Shown here: positions 36,601 to 47,263 of the stretch, piece after piece
Layout of the letters: every line of letters begins with the position of its first letter
How positions within the stretch are numbered: the stretch's first letter is position 1
Virus record (IMG/VR): IMGVR_UViG_3300027608_000011
Direction: 5' to 3' (one strand)
DNA from: a virus
Lineage: Duplodnaviria; Heunggongvirae; Uroviricota; Caudoviricetes
DNA: 64,000 nt
The notes under the pieces: model-generated
Told to the model about the DNA's origin: nothing
The model's input: the letters and a program-made list of their open reading frames with translations, nothing else
The model's database searches: none
Program-made: the position numbers and the translations under genes

Positions 36601-39600
36601 CTAGCGCATGGTCATACAGAAGCACTTCGTCAATAGCATACGTATCTACCATTGGCTGTTCTTTGTCGATTAAATCAAACTGCTTATACGGAATGTAGTC
36701 TCTTATTTCGTCTTGCCACATAAAAATAGCATAGCCATATAATGGCGAACCTATTTCTTCTATAAATGCAAGTTGATTATCTATCCAGGTATATCGACTT
36801 AATGCTGTAATAGATTGTTGTAATCTTGCTTGTGACTCGAACTTTACAGGAACAAATGAATAGGCATCGCCTTCTGTTCCTACTTCAGTGATTATACTAT
36901 CAATTTCTACAGTATCATTGCCTACTATTTTGTCAATTCTAAAAAAGCCGTCGACTACATCACTACTATTAGTATTTGATATATGTAGCCAATCACCCAC
37001 AGTTAGTGCAGTATTAATATTTTCACTAAATGTAACATTAGTTGGGCCAGTTGGATCGTCTTCATCGGCTTTAGCGATGCTTGAAATTGTAAAATGTTTT
37101 TGCTGGCGTAGTATACTCCAGTTACCAAACTCAAAATTACCAACCCAAATGTTTGGCCTATCGCTACTAGTAGGATCAATTGAATCATACAATCCCTTAA
37201 GGCCTGTGGCTAGTCCAATGGAGTATGATACATGTTCGAAACTAACAAATCCCGGAGTTGGTAAATCGTCGTCATATACAATTTCATTGCTATCATTTGT
37301 AATAACAGATTTTTTACGTACTGGAAACTGTAGATTATCTATTCCAGGTCGATGTATCCATCGACTATCATTAGTCATAATATCAATTATACTATCTGTG
37401 CTACGATCTATATTACTTCTTTCAGTCGTAGGATCATAGTCAGGCATGAATCTAAACACTTGTTTAGCATCTTTAAATTCTCGTTGCTTTAATTGTAAAT
37501 TCCAACTGAGTTTAGTTTCATTTGCTCCAAAGTCGCCTAATTTAAATAACCACTCTTCGTCTACTACTAGTTCTTTAGCATACGAAACATCACCTTCTAT
37601 TTTTGTATTACGTAATAGTTTATTATATGATGCTGGTGTGCCTTGTTGTCTCATCATTCCGCGCTGGAACTCAAACGCAACTGTAGGATTCTCTAATAGA
37701 TTACCTAAATAATTTTTTGTATTAACTCCAAGAGTATGCCTTGCTGTTTCTACTAAGCGAGAATTTAATGTACTACCTTCTACGTTAAAATATCGTGTAT
37801 CCATGTCGTCAATGGTTCTGTCAAAGTTAGCAATTAACGAATTACCGTAAATTAAATAACCCGGGGCATATGGGCGCCCTTGCCAATCGGCAGTACGCTG
37901 ACCAATTAATTTTAATCTATATTGTTTTAATCGTAGTACAGGATCATATATGATGTCGTTAAACACAGTTTCGTTGTCAAATACAATTGCGTGTTCTATA
38001 TCAATTATTCGTAGTCTTACTCCAAATAATCCTAGTTGATTATCTTTTACAGTAATAGAAGTTAGCCCATCGTCTTCTCTATTTACAGTTACATTTGATA
38101 CATCAATAGGAATACCATCTTTGTTTAGCAACGGAGAAAAACCTCTGTCTAAATAGTTAAGATCTTCTACAAATCCCCTGTCTAATTTAAATTCTAACTT
38201 ATTAGCACACGGACTTAGATTAATACTATAGCCAGGATTCCATTGGGTTTCGCTCCAGAATAAGAAATGCTGAGCACTTTGTCTAAAATCTTTAATTCCA
38301 GACATATTACTATCATATTCGCCAAAAACTACCCCTTGGTCAATTATCCATTTATTATATCCTAATAGAAAATTTACTACGTCTTCACGACTTGTCAACG
38401 TTGTACCATAGTCTAATTTAGAACTATTTTGTTCCCAGTCTATTGCTTCCTTAATGGTTAAATTTCCGTATGTAAAGTCTTTAGTACGAGTTGTTGATTT
38501 AGGACGGTAAATTATAAAGTATGGATTTACTAAATTTGTGCCACTGACTTCATATCCTTTGCCGTTAAAGGTAATTTTTACGCCGCTATAGAAAAATTCT
38601 GTATACGGAGTTCCTTTATAAAATATAATACCGTAGTTCTCTTCCGGTACTATATTTGTATCTTTTTGTGTTTTAAAACTGTCTGCTATAAATGTTAAAT
38701 TACGCTTATCAGCAAATCCGCCCACTTTAAATATAGGTTGTACTGTTGCATATCTTAAATTTGTACTAAAAGAATCAGCAACCGTTTTGCTATCACTAAT
38801 TAGACCTTCAACGATTAATTGCTCTAATCCATAACGGATTATTACGTTATCGACGTCGTCGAGTTCTCTGTGAAAAACATAATCACTGAGCTGTGGTCGA
38901 CTACCTTGCAAGTTGCTTATGCTATACTGCGTTCTATAGAAATCAACGTCAGTATATTCTGGTTGCCAGCATTTTTCAACAAACTTATTTGGTGCTACTG
39001 TAAATTTCCACTGAGCTATATCCCATGGATAACTTTCACTATGAACCCATGCCATTTCTTGATTGCCTAAATCGCCTTGTTTCCATGCAACCTGAGCTTG
39101 TTCTTGTGTTGGCTCACTTACAATATTCGCGGCTACTGGGTCCAGTAACTGTCCTAAATAATTCACAGGAAACTCGGCGCCAGGTCTTGCATATCTTAAA
39201 TCAATATACACGCCATCGCTTGGGGGAGAAACGTTTCCTAATTGTAATGCCGTTATTAATGGAGTACGCTTATTTGGATTTGTCCAGCTATATGCAGAAT
39301 CCCACCACGTTGGTTTAACTGTATACCCTAACATTTCCCACGGATGTGTATGTGGCCTGTCGGTATCAAATAAATGTTTATATATTGCTCTCCAACTGCC
39401 GCCAGCTCTTGTACCTTGGTCGATAATCTCAAACGTAACACTAACATGGTCATATTGGCAAGTATCAACTAATATTAATCTACTATCAGATTCTACACTT
39501 GCTACTGTTCCGATGTCGAACCCTGCCAATGTTTTTAAAACATTACCTACACTTACTTCTGTTAAAAATGCAGTATTGTTTCCATTCAGATCGCCTGTTG

Positions 39601-42600
39601 TTCCGTTTACTATTTTAGATCCATTACTAACTGTTAAGGTACCGGTACCATTTCTATTAATAGAACCTACATTACAGGAACTAAAATTCCATGTAAATTT
39701 ATTGTTTTGTCGATAAAAATTGTCATTGCTATATTGAGTGACACCGTTATTTGTTGCCCACAATCTGTACAAGTCTTCTGCATACTGTAAATACTCGGCA
39801 TTATTGAAACGTGTATTCCTATAATAGCCCGGGCGGCTACGATCCCACTCGAATCTATTTTCTTTAAACTTCTTAAAAATGTTATTATATATACGAGCTT
39901 CTAATTCAAATATAATGTCATCCCTATAATCTCCATAAGAAACTATCTTACTACCGTCATGACATAGTATATGTGTAACTGGAGTTGTATATGTATTGTC
40001 TGTTATAATTTCTGGCATATATACTGGCGCCATACCCAACTTTGCTAGGGTAGGGGGAATATAACAGTTATTTTTAGTTTCGTAGACAGTTAAAGTTAGA
40101 TTTTGTTCGCCCGTTAATCCAGTGTTTAGTGTAATAGTAGTGTTGCCTAATTCAAAGTCGCGGCCTTCTATTAACGATTGACTGTTAATGTTAACGTAGA
40201 CGTGATTGCGGTATGGATCATTAATATCTACAGCAATTGGTAACGCAAATATTCTACCACTATTAGATGTTGCGCCAGGGTAAGTTATGGTATTATTAAT
40301 TGCTCCCCAATATACCATATCACTAAGTGCATGTGGAAATTCTGTATCTTTACCTATGTTAATCGCGGTTAATGCTATGTTTAACATTTCTGCAGGTGTT
40401 AACTCAGTTACACTAATTTCGTTATTTAAACTTTCTATTTTTTGTAAAAACTTTTGTCTAAATGATTTATACTGTATCGAACCCCAACGTAGTGCATTAA
40501 TTGGATTAGTATCGGAATTACGTAATAGTACTGCTAGTTTTAAAGAACTATTTTCTGGTTGTCCGACAACCCACCCTTCTCCCGGGTTCGTATGTATATT
40601 AAAATAATTATTTTTTCCGAACGCTTCTCCGGAAAACCCAATGGTACTTAGTAGTTTACTTTTGAAATGATTGAATAAGGAATTATAACCAGCCGACACA
40701 ATCTGATTCTGGTCAGCATTTGCTTCTAATGTGCTATGTATTGCATATACACCTAATTCGATTGAACTTTCGAATAAGGCCTCAATATAGTCACCTGCTT
40801 TAAGATTGGCGCCGTCTACATATACATCCATTAATGCACGATTTATAGGATTCTGTTCCCATGTAATGCCGCCCGACTGATCATATCCGTTGACCCTGAT
40901 TATAAAACTCCTAGGATCTAAGTACGTATCCGTAATTAATATCTGCCCAATTTGTCCGTTGAATGCATAACGTAATTTTATAAAATCAGGAGCAGTAATT
41001 GAAATTAGCCCAGCGTTAGCGCCGTTATTTTCAATCCATGGCAAAACTACATATCCAATGTCATCGCGATATACTGTAAATGGCATGCCCGACATGTTTA
41101 ATATATTAGCTGTTTCGTTAATTGGAACTACTAGTGTATTTGTATTTGGGTCAAATCTTTCCCATTCATTATTTTTACTTAAACACCAGAACACAATATT
41201 TCCATATTCTTGTGTTATCATATAGGTATATGATGGTCTGCTGTCTATAGGAATTGATAATACATTATCTTGTTGCGGTTCAACTATAGTTCTACTAACA
41301 CGCTGATACGTTTTTGGTGGTTCACTGCTTTTGACCCAACTATTACTTTGCATTGATTTGTTAAATTGATCATTGAAATATTGATAGTAATAGTTTCCTG
41401 GGATTTCTGTTCGTAAACCATCTGCATTATAATAAGATCGATTTCCCTGTGTGTTATTGAATACAATATTAGTAAAAATTTTCGCAAAAGGACTACTCGA
41501 GTCTACTAACTGGAAGTTAGTACTTTCATAAGAAATATTAATTCCTAATTCAGCATCCATTACATCACCAGGAGCATATTCAAATAACGTATTTCCGGCA
41601 AAGTCATTACCAGTCCATTCGTTGTTACTACCTAGGTATTTTCCGTTATTGTCATATAAATTAAACTTAGGTGCTTGGTTATGCAATAATTTATTTTGTC
41701 CTAGTTGCCATTTAGTACCAGTATACCATAGTTCTCTAAATAAAAATGCATTGCCTTGTGTAACAAATACCTTTTGGTCATTAATCGGGATGGCGTCACT
41801 GGCCGGTACAAATTCAATCGCTGACCCGACACCCCTTACAATGTAAGTTTTATTGTTATAACTGTGATTACCATTAATAAAAAGAACACGCATCTCATTT
41901 TTAAGATGAATAGCATCAACCATATAAGCACTTTGTCCAGCTATGTCAGATGGTAATGTTCTATCAATGATTAAATTAACTTCTTGTTTAACAGTTTTTC
42001 CGTAGTCATATAATTCTATATTTTTGTTAAATTGTATGATTGGGCGAGCGCCTCGTAAATCCAATGGTAGTAAGTCGGCCGCGTTAATATCTAAGAACTC
42101 ACACGTGGCTTTTACTGCATCTACATGATACCATTTATTTGTTCTGCTCCATGGATTCTGATCTGTCGCGCCGCGGGCCATAACAACATATTCTTTAAGA
42201 GAGCCGGCTATTTCACTGGTATCCCATTTCTTTTGATCCCAATTGGTGCCGTCCCATGGCAAATATGCCATTGTAGAAAATATTGTTCTTGTGTCTAGTA
42301 ATTTATTAGGTATTAGTTTAATAGATTCGCCAACTCCGTCTACAATAAAATATGTAGGATCAATAATTGGATCGTTGCTACTAACATATTCTAAAGGAGT
42401 TACGGTGTCCGGAGTAACTCCGTTAACTCGGATCGAAAATCCAGTGCCCTGTAGTAATACTGATGGGCTTACTTTTAATGTATCGCCTACGTTAAATCCA
42501 GAACCACCATCAAGCAAATCGATCCGTGTAACTAATCCTTGTTCTACTGTGGCTGTAACTTTTATTCCAGAGCCGTAGACATTATCAGTGGTACCAATTA

Positions 42601-43297
42601 AAGGTATATTTTCATACACTCCGTCAATATAGCCAGAGCCACCGATTAATAAATTCAATGATGTAGCTGACTTCCTGTTAATAAAAAATAGTTTCATACC
42701 ATTAACTAAAGTTAATGTCTTACCATTTGATTGCTCCGGAGTAGTATAAGATAGTTTCCCTAATATATCAGTAGCTACATTTATTAATCCTTCTAATCTA
42801 ATAGGACGTGGATCAAATTTTAGCCAATAGTAACTACTGAAATTAATAAACATATCAGTGTTAATAGGAGGAGCCCATACATATGAATCACTGTCTAATT
42901 GATCTGATTTAAAATCAGGCCAATTAATTTTTAACTGGTCTAAAAAGTCGTCGTAATTTAATGCGTCGGTAATATTACCATCTTCGTCATTCAATACAAC
43001 CCCAGTATCAAATTGGTAGTCGCCTCTTATTTCTCTGGGTTCTTCTAAGTAAAAGTCAGTTGTAGGATTATATACTGTTCCACTCTTTCTACCAATATAT
43101 AAATTAATATCTTCAGGATGACCTTTACTAATTAATGTATCTATACTGTTCTTTAAAAACTTTAAATTTACATCTGTCTTAAAATAGCCGGGCAAGAACG
43201 TACTGGCACTAACAGTATCCTGTTTAGTTCCTTGACCCGGGACTGTATTTTTACCTTGAACGACCGGCTGTGCAGAGAAATTATTTTTTGTCGCCAT
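33671..43297 (-). CDS. Giant (3208 aa) baseplate wedge-like structural protein
   Basis: Follows the gp6-like gene; FLPGYFKT..N.KFL N-terminus, KPYRSKLRE and RG.LGT motifs; beta-rich inserts. Confidence 0.75.
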   Translation of the reverse strand: MATKNNFSAQPVVQGKNTVPGQGTKQDTVSASTFLPGYFKTDVNLKFLKNSIDTLISKGHPEDINLYIGRKSGTVYNPTTDFYLEEPREIRGDYQFDTGVVLNDEDGNITDALNYDDFLDQLKINWPDFKSDQLDSDSYVWAPPINTDMFINFSSYYWLKFDPRPIRLEGLINVATDILGKLSYTTPEQSNGKTLTLVNGMKLFFINRKSATSLNLLIGGSGYIDGVYENIPLIGTTDNVYGSGIKVTATVEQGLVTRIDLLDGGSGFNVGDTLKVSPSVLLQGTGFSIRVNGVTPDTVTPLEYVSSNDPIIDPTYFIVDGVGESIKLIPNKLLDTRTIFSTMAYLPWDGTNWDQKKWDTSEIAGSLKEYVVMARGATDQNPWSRTNKWYHVDAVKATCEFLDINAADLLPLDLRGARPIIQFNKNIELYDYGKTVKQEVNLIIDRTLPSDIAGQSAYMVDAIHLKNEMRVLFINGNHSYNNKTYIVRGVGSAIEFVPASDAIPINDQKVFVTQGNAFLFRELWYTGTKWQLGQNKLLHNQAPKFNLYDNNGKYLGSNNEWTGNDFAGNTLFEYAPGDVMDAELGINISYESTNFQLVDSSSPFAKIFTNIVFNNTQGNRSYYNADGLRTEIPGNYYYQYFNDQFNKSMQSNSWVKSSEPPKTYQRVSRTIVEPQQDNVLSIPIDSRPSYTYMITQEYGNIVFWCLSKNNEWERFDPNTNTLVVPINETANILNMSGMPFTVYRDDIGYVVLPWIENNGANAGLISITAPDFIKLRYAFNGQIGQILITDTYLDPRSFIIRVNGYDQSGGITWEQNPINRALMDVYVDGANLKAGDYIEALFESSIELGVYAIHSTLEANADQNQIVSAGYNSLFNHFKSKLLSTIGFSGEAFGKNNYFNIHTNPGEGWVVGQPENSSLKLAVLLRNSDTNPINALRWGSIQYKSFRQKFLQKIESLNNEISVTELTPAEMLNIALTAINIGKDTEFPHALSDMVYWGAINNTITYPGATSNSGRIFALPIAVDINDPYRNHVYVNINSQSLIEGRDFELGNTTITLNTGLTGEQNLTLTVYETKNNCYIPPTLAKLGMAPVYMPEIITDNTYTTPVTHILCHDGSKIVSYGDYRDDIIFELEARIYNNIFKKFKENRFEWDRSRPGYYRNTRFNNAEYLQYAEDLYRLWATNNGVTQYSNDNFYRQNNKFTWNFSSCNVGSINRNGTGTLTVSNGSKIVNGTTGDLNGNNTAFLTEVSVGNVLKTLAGFDIGTVASVESDSRLILVDTCQYDHVSVTFEIIDQGTRAGGSWRAIYKHLFDTDRPHTHPWEMLGYTVKPTWWDSAYSWTNPNKRTPLITALQLGNVSPPSDGVYIDLRYARPGAEFPVNYLGQLLDPVAANIVSEPTQEQAQVAWKQGDLGNQEMAWVHSESYPWDIAQWKFTVAPNKFVEKCWQPEYTDVDFYRTQYSISNLQGSRPQLSDYVFHRELDDVDNVIIRYGLEQLIVEGLISDSKTVADSFSTNLRYATVQPIFKVGGFADKRNLTFIADSFKTQKDTNIVPEENYGIIFYKGTPYTEFFYSGVKITFNGKGYEVSGTNLVNPYFIIYRPKSTTRTKDFTYGNLTIKEAIDWEQNSSKLDYGTTLTSREDVVNFLLGYNKWIIDQGVVFGEYDSNMSGIKDFRQSAQHFLFWSETQWNPGYSINLSPCANKLEFKLDRGFVEDLNYLDRGFSPLLNKDGIPIDVSNVTVNREDDGLTSITVKDNQLGLFGVRLRIIDIEHAIVFDNETVFNDIIYDPVLRLKQYRLKLIGQRTADWQGRPYAPGYLIYGNSLIANFDRTIDDMDTRYFNVEGSTLNSRLVETARHTLGVNTKNYLGNLLENPTVAFEFQRGMMRQQGTPASYNKLLRNTKIEGDVSYAKELVVDEEWLFKLGDFGANETKLSWNLQLKQREFKDAKQVFRFMPDYDPTTERSNIDRSTDSIIDIMTNDSRWIHRPGIDNLQFPVRKKSVITNDSNEIVYDDDLPTPGFVSFEHVSYSIGLATGLKGLYDSIDPTSSDRPNIWVGNFEFGNWSILRQQKHFTISSIAKADEDDPTGPTNVTFSENINTALTVGDWLHISNTNSSDVVDGFFRIDKIVGNDTVEIDSIITEVGTEGDAYSFVPVKFESQARLQQSITALSRYTWIDNQLAFIEEIGSPLYGYAIFMWQDEIRDYIPYKQFDLIDKEQPMVDTYAIDEVLLYDHALDRVLLDIERWDPYKGIIPSIANVEINIKSPADPAQYEISSDPDVTINPDAYWERAQIGTVWWDVSTAKYVTYEQGTLDYRLKNWGKLFTGSSIDIYEWTESSVDPVAYNEAVSNGTLIDGQLPTGVARVYPTGIVQNTSYSTYTYVIEDGSSITKYYFWVKDKTVVPSGKTVSRKYSTSMLADIIKDPTAMGIPWFSPVSEYGFIIYGVQQFLNDTSTSIQIKFKTDLSDTNLHSQWMVLRELDNNTTIPEWLHIRLRDSMVGYDSTTYIASFDDYQYNYQYAYGDIIKQNNYYYRAFRDFTEEDTARAFGQQPFYKLYEYILLPNNRIKMPLPNDVPDPRINQFNRYGNQIRPSQQTWIKNRSEARRNFIRVANELLATMDVVSITDWNKHLGDFTKGEYDYQLTKFYDIVDFVDANYDSKKEISYGVTAEADIPQLSNVINDFDYILVKNDSIGKYAIYEYIQGATILRFRKNSTIQFKEILFNSQKQQDLWDLGPWDFKRWDPEPSQEFYEILTALREDIFVGSRQYYYNRLFFAMIRFVYSEQDKVDWIQKSTYLHIDNLTVRGLTQEPQFKKDKVENFIEYIDNSKPYRSKLREVLDTRDLNDETTISPEDSYTIDVNLKFDRTGQGSNLVNIIDGTDFNIVEPGFQRRPWDSPAGIDPTRPELEQAYLDSMYDGAGFGLRPDQIQSYIDGRAFNLLRDEMNPDEELAIVKAGDNLELLVQTKYGDNQISMTIESGVTGQPGGMSSGWVFEENAETTRITAGWTVRVPRGAIGTPGADQYDEFTITDAMHNNMFNGWGVTIFPVAVNLHWPVTVLSPAPEYYSFRMLKSLNHEWKFTRIVNSGKTTLTSDFNLQDEYIDVENGLALGGVDISFKSPGVIYIDGERIEYYEIIGNRLGKLLRGTLGTGISTHVAGTTVYDADPKQAIPVETERQGNIKFSGAKVIFNELGKTLKESNTLAAKFITQEQGDLN

Positions 43298-43298
43298 C

Positions 43299-46200
43299 TT
43301 ATGCCTTAATTAACTTTTGTTGTTTCAAGTTAGTATCAGTTAACTGTGTAATAATATCAATATCCTTAATAGTTGCGCCGCTAACAAATAATTCGTTAGC
43401 ACCACTTGTTACTTGGAACAAGTCCCCGAACGTTGTACTAGTTCCTTGCGGTACTAATACTACAGAACTGATAGATCCTGCTAACTTAGTATGTATGTAG
43501 GCCGCCAGTTCCGTAAAGTAAAATGTTTCTCCAAAGGTCCAGTTAACAATAGAAAAGAACTCGTCGATTGCCGTTAGTGTTCTACTTTTAATTTCACTAT
43601 CACTGAGTGATGTTCCAGCCAGTTTAATTACTTTAAATTTTCCTTTTAGCTCTTTATCTGCATAATTTCCAAATAGTATCTTATATTTACTTGGTCGATA
43701 TACAATTGTATCACTACTTGTTTTAACTTCTTCCAATGCCGCAAAATTCTGATACAGCTCTTGCGGGGTTGGAGGTAATGGCATGTCTTCAATTTTGCCT
43801 GTGGCTTTTAACCATCGTCTAAATTTTAAATCGTAGTCACTAGTTAATACAAATAAATCTATAATATTAATAGAACTTGGATCAATTCTCTGATTAGACT
43901 CTGCAATATGATGCCACTGCATATACAAATCAGTTCTACCTTTGTGTGTAATACTAGTGGTTGTATCTTCATACGAAGAATCAAAAATTTGTCTAAATTT
44001 AATGCCGTTAACAGTTACATAGTCTGACTTAACAATATTACTGCCTACTAGGCCTTCAAAGATATATGGATCATCGGGTAAGAAATCACTGTTGGCATCA
44101 GATAAACTAACCACTAATTTCGTATTATCTGTAAAACTATCTTCGGCAATAAAATATTTGTCACTCTTAAACTCTGCTTTTTTGCCAAAGACTTTTGTGC
44201 CGTCAGCACTTAAATTCGATGGCAAGTAATAGAAGCTATCTTGTTCTATTTTAGTTGTTTCGCTGTTAATGGCTTTTTTAAAGTTTTCGTTAAAGAATCT
44301 AACTTTATTCACACTGCCTGAAATGTAACGAATTGATTTATGATAAACAACGTATTGATCATTCTCATAATTCACTCTAATCCACCAACTGTTGTCTTTA
44401 TTTTGTTCACTTACATCACCGGCAAATGTTGTATTATAGAAAAGAGAATTTCCTATATTATTTTGACTTACGATTCTGTAAGTTTGCGTAATATAATCAT
44501 AACGTATTGCAAACGGCAATTTAGTTTCTAACAACTCTTTAATTAAATTGTACTCGGTGGTGCCGAATACTTGTTTAAATCTAGGAATATATCGGATTAT
44601 TTTACTATTAGTTTTAATATTTTTCGAAAGAACTACAACACCAGTGCCATCTTCTTTTCTGCCGGTATTGTTTGAATTCAAATCTTGTACACCTTGCCCG
44701 GTGCCGTATATATTGGTTACGGCCACCCATTGCCTAACTTGTGTGTCAGGGTCTTCAAATTCAAGTAATGCACCTTGTACAATTTGTCTATTTTGTCCAA
44801 CCGTTGCTAACCCTATTTTAATAATAGAGGCAAAGTTTTGGCTGACTTCGAAGCCAGTAAAGTATCCTGTGCTCTTGCCAGAGCCCAACGTAACCCTATT
44901 CCATTTAACATTTGTCGGTAAACCAGTAGTTGGCGATGGCGATTGATTATAGTTTAGTGCCGGGCTCTGTGAATAGAACATGTTAACGACCTCGGCCTCA
45001 CGTAATATGCCAGCTAGATTATCGACAATTAAATTTTTAAGGTACAAGTTATTGTTAACAGTATAATAGTTTGTTGTATAATATTCGTCTTTATAGATAT
45101 ATGCATCATCTGTAAATATATCCAAACTTTGGTTTGTACCAGTAGGATCTGTTATATTTGTATATCTACTAAATCCACTGTGTATTCTATTAGTTGCTTT
45201 AATTTTTAAAATGTTATTGCTTGTTGTCAACGGATACACACTATAATCATTACCAGTAACCATACGGTCCTGACTATAATATGAGTTCGGTGCATTAACT
45301 CTTACACTTTCAATATCTTCACTGCCTACGCTATTAGTCACATCATATTCTAAGTCGGCAGTTAACGTTAAAAACTGGCGCTTGCCCACTTTATCATAGT
45401 ATGCAAAGTCCCATGTGATGTTTTTCATATCTTCAGGGCGTATAGTATATGTCTCACCGTTACTACTACGTGTCCATACTCTGATAATTCCCCTAGGAAC
45501 TTGGCTAAAGTATCCGTCGCCAAACTTTACACTAATTTTATCATTGTCTCGAGTAATTACGCTACATATTTTTCTGTCGCCGCTGGCAAAGCTATTATAA
45601 ATGATATTGTTACCAACTAAGTTAGGCACATTTTTCCAGTTATTAACTACACTACCATCTTCATTGATTGCTTGTACGTAGACGTCCTGCTCGTTAATCA
45701 TTTCGATATCAATGTCAATGACTCTATTTTCGATATAATCGTTTAATTGATAGTCGTTCTTATTCATCTGTCCTTGTTTAAAGACAACAAAGAATCCTGT
45801 ATTAGCACTAGTATTGCCGGCGCCGTCATTTCTATATAGTAAATTCCACTGAGAGAATGGATCCGGTGTTTGTTCTTCGTAGTAACCTAGGTCTGCAAAT
45901 GTGGGATTACATATTTCAAAATTTGAAGTTTTACTTGCTACAGATGCACTATAACTAACTGCAACCTGTTGGTCAGGTATAGTATTTAGGCTGTATAACT
46001 GACTAGTAACGCCGCCCACAGTACCTGCTTTTACAGGTGTTCCAAATGGATGGTTAGTTCCAAATACCGAATTTAATACTGTAATAAATTTTTCAAAACT
46101 ATCAGGATCGTTTACGCCTGCCCATTGTAATGGTACATTAGCTAAATTTGAACCAGTGCTATCTAATACATTTTCAGTTGTTTTAATTGATTTTATTTTT

Positions 46201-46553
46201 AATAGGCCCTGTGCAGACACGTTACGCTTTGGGTTGTAGCTTAAAAATCTGGCTAGGCGCAATACGTTTTCTTTACGTTCGGCAGTATCAATGAAGTTCT
46301 CACGACTGTTTAAATCAATACGAAACCCTAAGTTTTGTCCTAAGAACGCTACTAAGTCAATAAGGGCAACAAACTCACTACTTTGAATCCAGTCATTAAA
46401 ATCTTCAGGATAGTTAGTGCGAATGTATTCAATCATTGCCGTACGCAATGTATCAAAGTCATATGCTTTAAAATCAGCATTCTTAAAACTCTGATATACG
46501 CTTTGCCAGTTTTCTGCGGCAAATAAATTTTCTTGTCTAATAGTTTGCGCCAT
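43299..46553 (-). CDS. Baseplate wedge subunit, T4 gp6-like
   Basis: YDFDTLR, DFND...SSE, ENFIDTAER..NV.RLA..LSYNPKR, VKFGDG, QDRMVT..DY. Confidence 0.85.
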   Translation of the reverse strand: MAQTIRQENLFAAENWQSVYQSFKNADFKAYDFDTLRTAMIEYIRTNYPEDFNDWIQSSEFVALIDLVAFLGQNLGFRIDLNSRENFIDTAERKENVLRLARFLSYNPKRNVSAQGLLKIKSIKTTENVLDSTGSNLANVPLQWAGVNDPDSFEKFITVLNSVFGTNHPFGTPVKAGTVGGVTSQLYSLNTIPDQQVAVSYSASVASKTSNFEICNPTFADLGYYEEQTPDPFSQWNLLYRNDGAGNTSANTGFFVVFKQGQMNKNDYQLNDYIENRVIDIDIEMINEQDVYVQAINEDGSVVNNWKNVPNLVGNNIIYNSFASGDRKICSVITRDNDKISVKFGDGYFSQVPRGIIRVWTRSSNGETYTIRPEDMKNITWDFAYYDKVGKRQFLTLTADLEYDVTNSVGSEDIESVRVNAPNSYYSQDRMVTGNDYSVYPLTTSNNILKIKATNRIHSGFSRYTNITDPTGTNQSLDIFTDDAYIYKDEYYTTNYYTVNNNLYLKNLIVDNLAGILREAEVVNMFYSQSPALNYNQSPSPTTGLPTNVKWNRVTLGSGKSTGYFTGFEVSQNFASIIKIGLATVGQNRQIVQGALLEFEDPDTQVRQWVAVTNIYGTGQGVQDLNSNNTGRKEDGTGVVVLSKNIKTNSKIIRYIPRFKQVFGTTEYNLIKELLETKLPFAIRYDYITQTYRIVSQNNIGNSLFYNTTFAGDVSEQNKDNSWWIRVNYENDQYVVYHKSIRYISGSVNKVRFFNENFKKAINSETTKIEQDSFYYLPSNLSADGTKVFGKKAEFKSDKYFIAEDSFTDNTKLVVSLSDANSDFLPDDPYIFEGLVGSNIVKSDYVTVNGIKFRQIFDSSYEDTTTSITHKGRTDLYMQWHHIAESNQRIDPSSINIIDLFVLTSDYDLKFRRWLKATGKIEDMPLPPTPQELYQNFAALEEVKTSSDTIVYRPSKYKILFGNYADKELKGKFKVIKLAGTSLSDSEIKSRTLTAIDEFFSIVNWTFGETFYFTELAAYIHTKLAGSISSVVLVPQGTSTTFGDLFQVTSGANELFVSGATIKDIDIITQLTDTNLKQQKLIKA

Positions 46554-46562
46554 TGCTTACCT

Positions 46563-46922
46563 TTATTTTATTTCCTTACTTGTGTCGAACTCAATTTGTA
46601 AATCTGTTACCAAGTTATCTGGCAAATAATTTAACCTTATAACTAATGTAAATCCATTTGGAACCGGGATTATGTTTACCCCTATTAATTCGAACCTTAT
46701 ATCTTGTCTGATTATAGCCAAACATTCATTTTTTACATAACTTTCCAGTTCAGGAGTTAATGCATCAAATAATACGTCCCATATCCCTGTGCCAATATCT
46801 GGCGCCATAACACGTTCGCCCTTTCGAGTCATGAACGTGTTTAGCAAATCTTGTTTTGCAATCTCAACATCATATGCCTTATTAGAAGGTAAATGTGAAG
46901 AGAATCCTTTATATGTTGTCAT
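46563..46922 (-). CDS. Baseplate wedge subunit, gp25-like
   Basis: QDLLN..MTRKGERVM.P..GT.IWD.LF motif; TAAATA at 46928-46933. Confidence 0.88.
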   Translation of the reverse strand: MTTYKGFSSHLPSNKAYDVEIAKQDLLNTFMTRKGERVMAPDIGTGIWDVLFDALTPELESYVKNECLAIIRQDIRFELIGVNIIPVPNGFTLVIRLNYLPDNLVTDLQIEFDTSKEIK

Positions 46923-46954
46923 ACCATTATTTACCAATAAAATAAACTACATAC

Positions 46955-47209
46955 TTAATGTATGGTAGGTTTTGGTCCATCTTGGGATCCTTCTTCTAAA
47001 CGTTGTAATAATTCAGTTATTTCCATATTCTTAAATAACTGCTGGTTAAGTGCCGCAACTATACTTTTAAAAACTTCTAAATTTTTTGGCTGAGAATCAT
47101 TTGGGGCCACAATTGGATGTATGAAATCCAATTGGCCATTTTCTTTAATAATGATGGCGCAATCGCTAGGGTTGCACTGATAGCCGGGTTTTGGAGTTAT
47201 GATTGACAT
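46955..47209 (-). CDS. Hypothetical protein
   Basis: 84-aa ORF ending PTIH. Confidence 0.6.
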   Translation of the reverse strand: MSIITPKPGYQCNPSDCAIIIKENGQLDFIHPIVAPNDSQPKNLEVFKSIVAALNQQLFKNMEITELLQRLEEGSQDGPKPTIH

Positions 47210-47231
47210 AATTTACGATTTAATGTATACT
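47203..47231 (+). promoter_or_regulatory. sigma70-type promoter
   Basis: TTGACA-17nt-TATACT with TG extension, upstream of RBS GGAGG and ATG 47264. Confidence 0.8.
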
Positions 47232-47263
47232 TGTATTTATTTGCACAAATCTGGAGGATTTTA

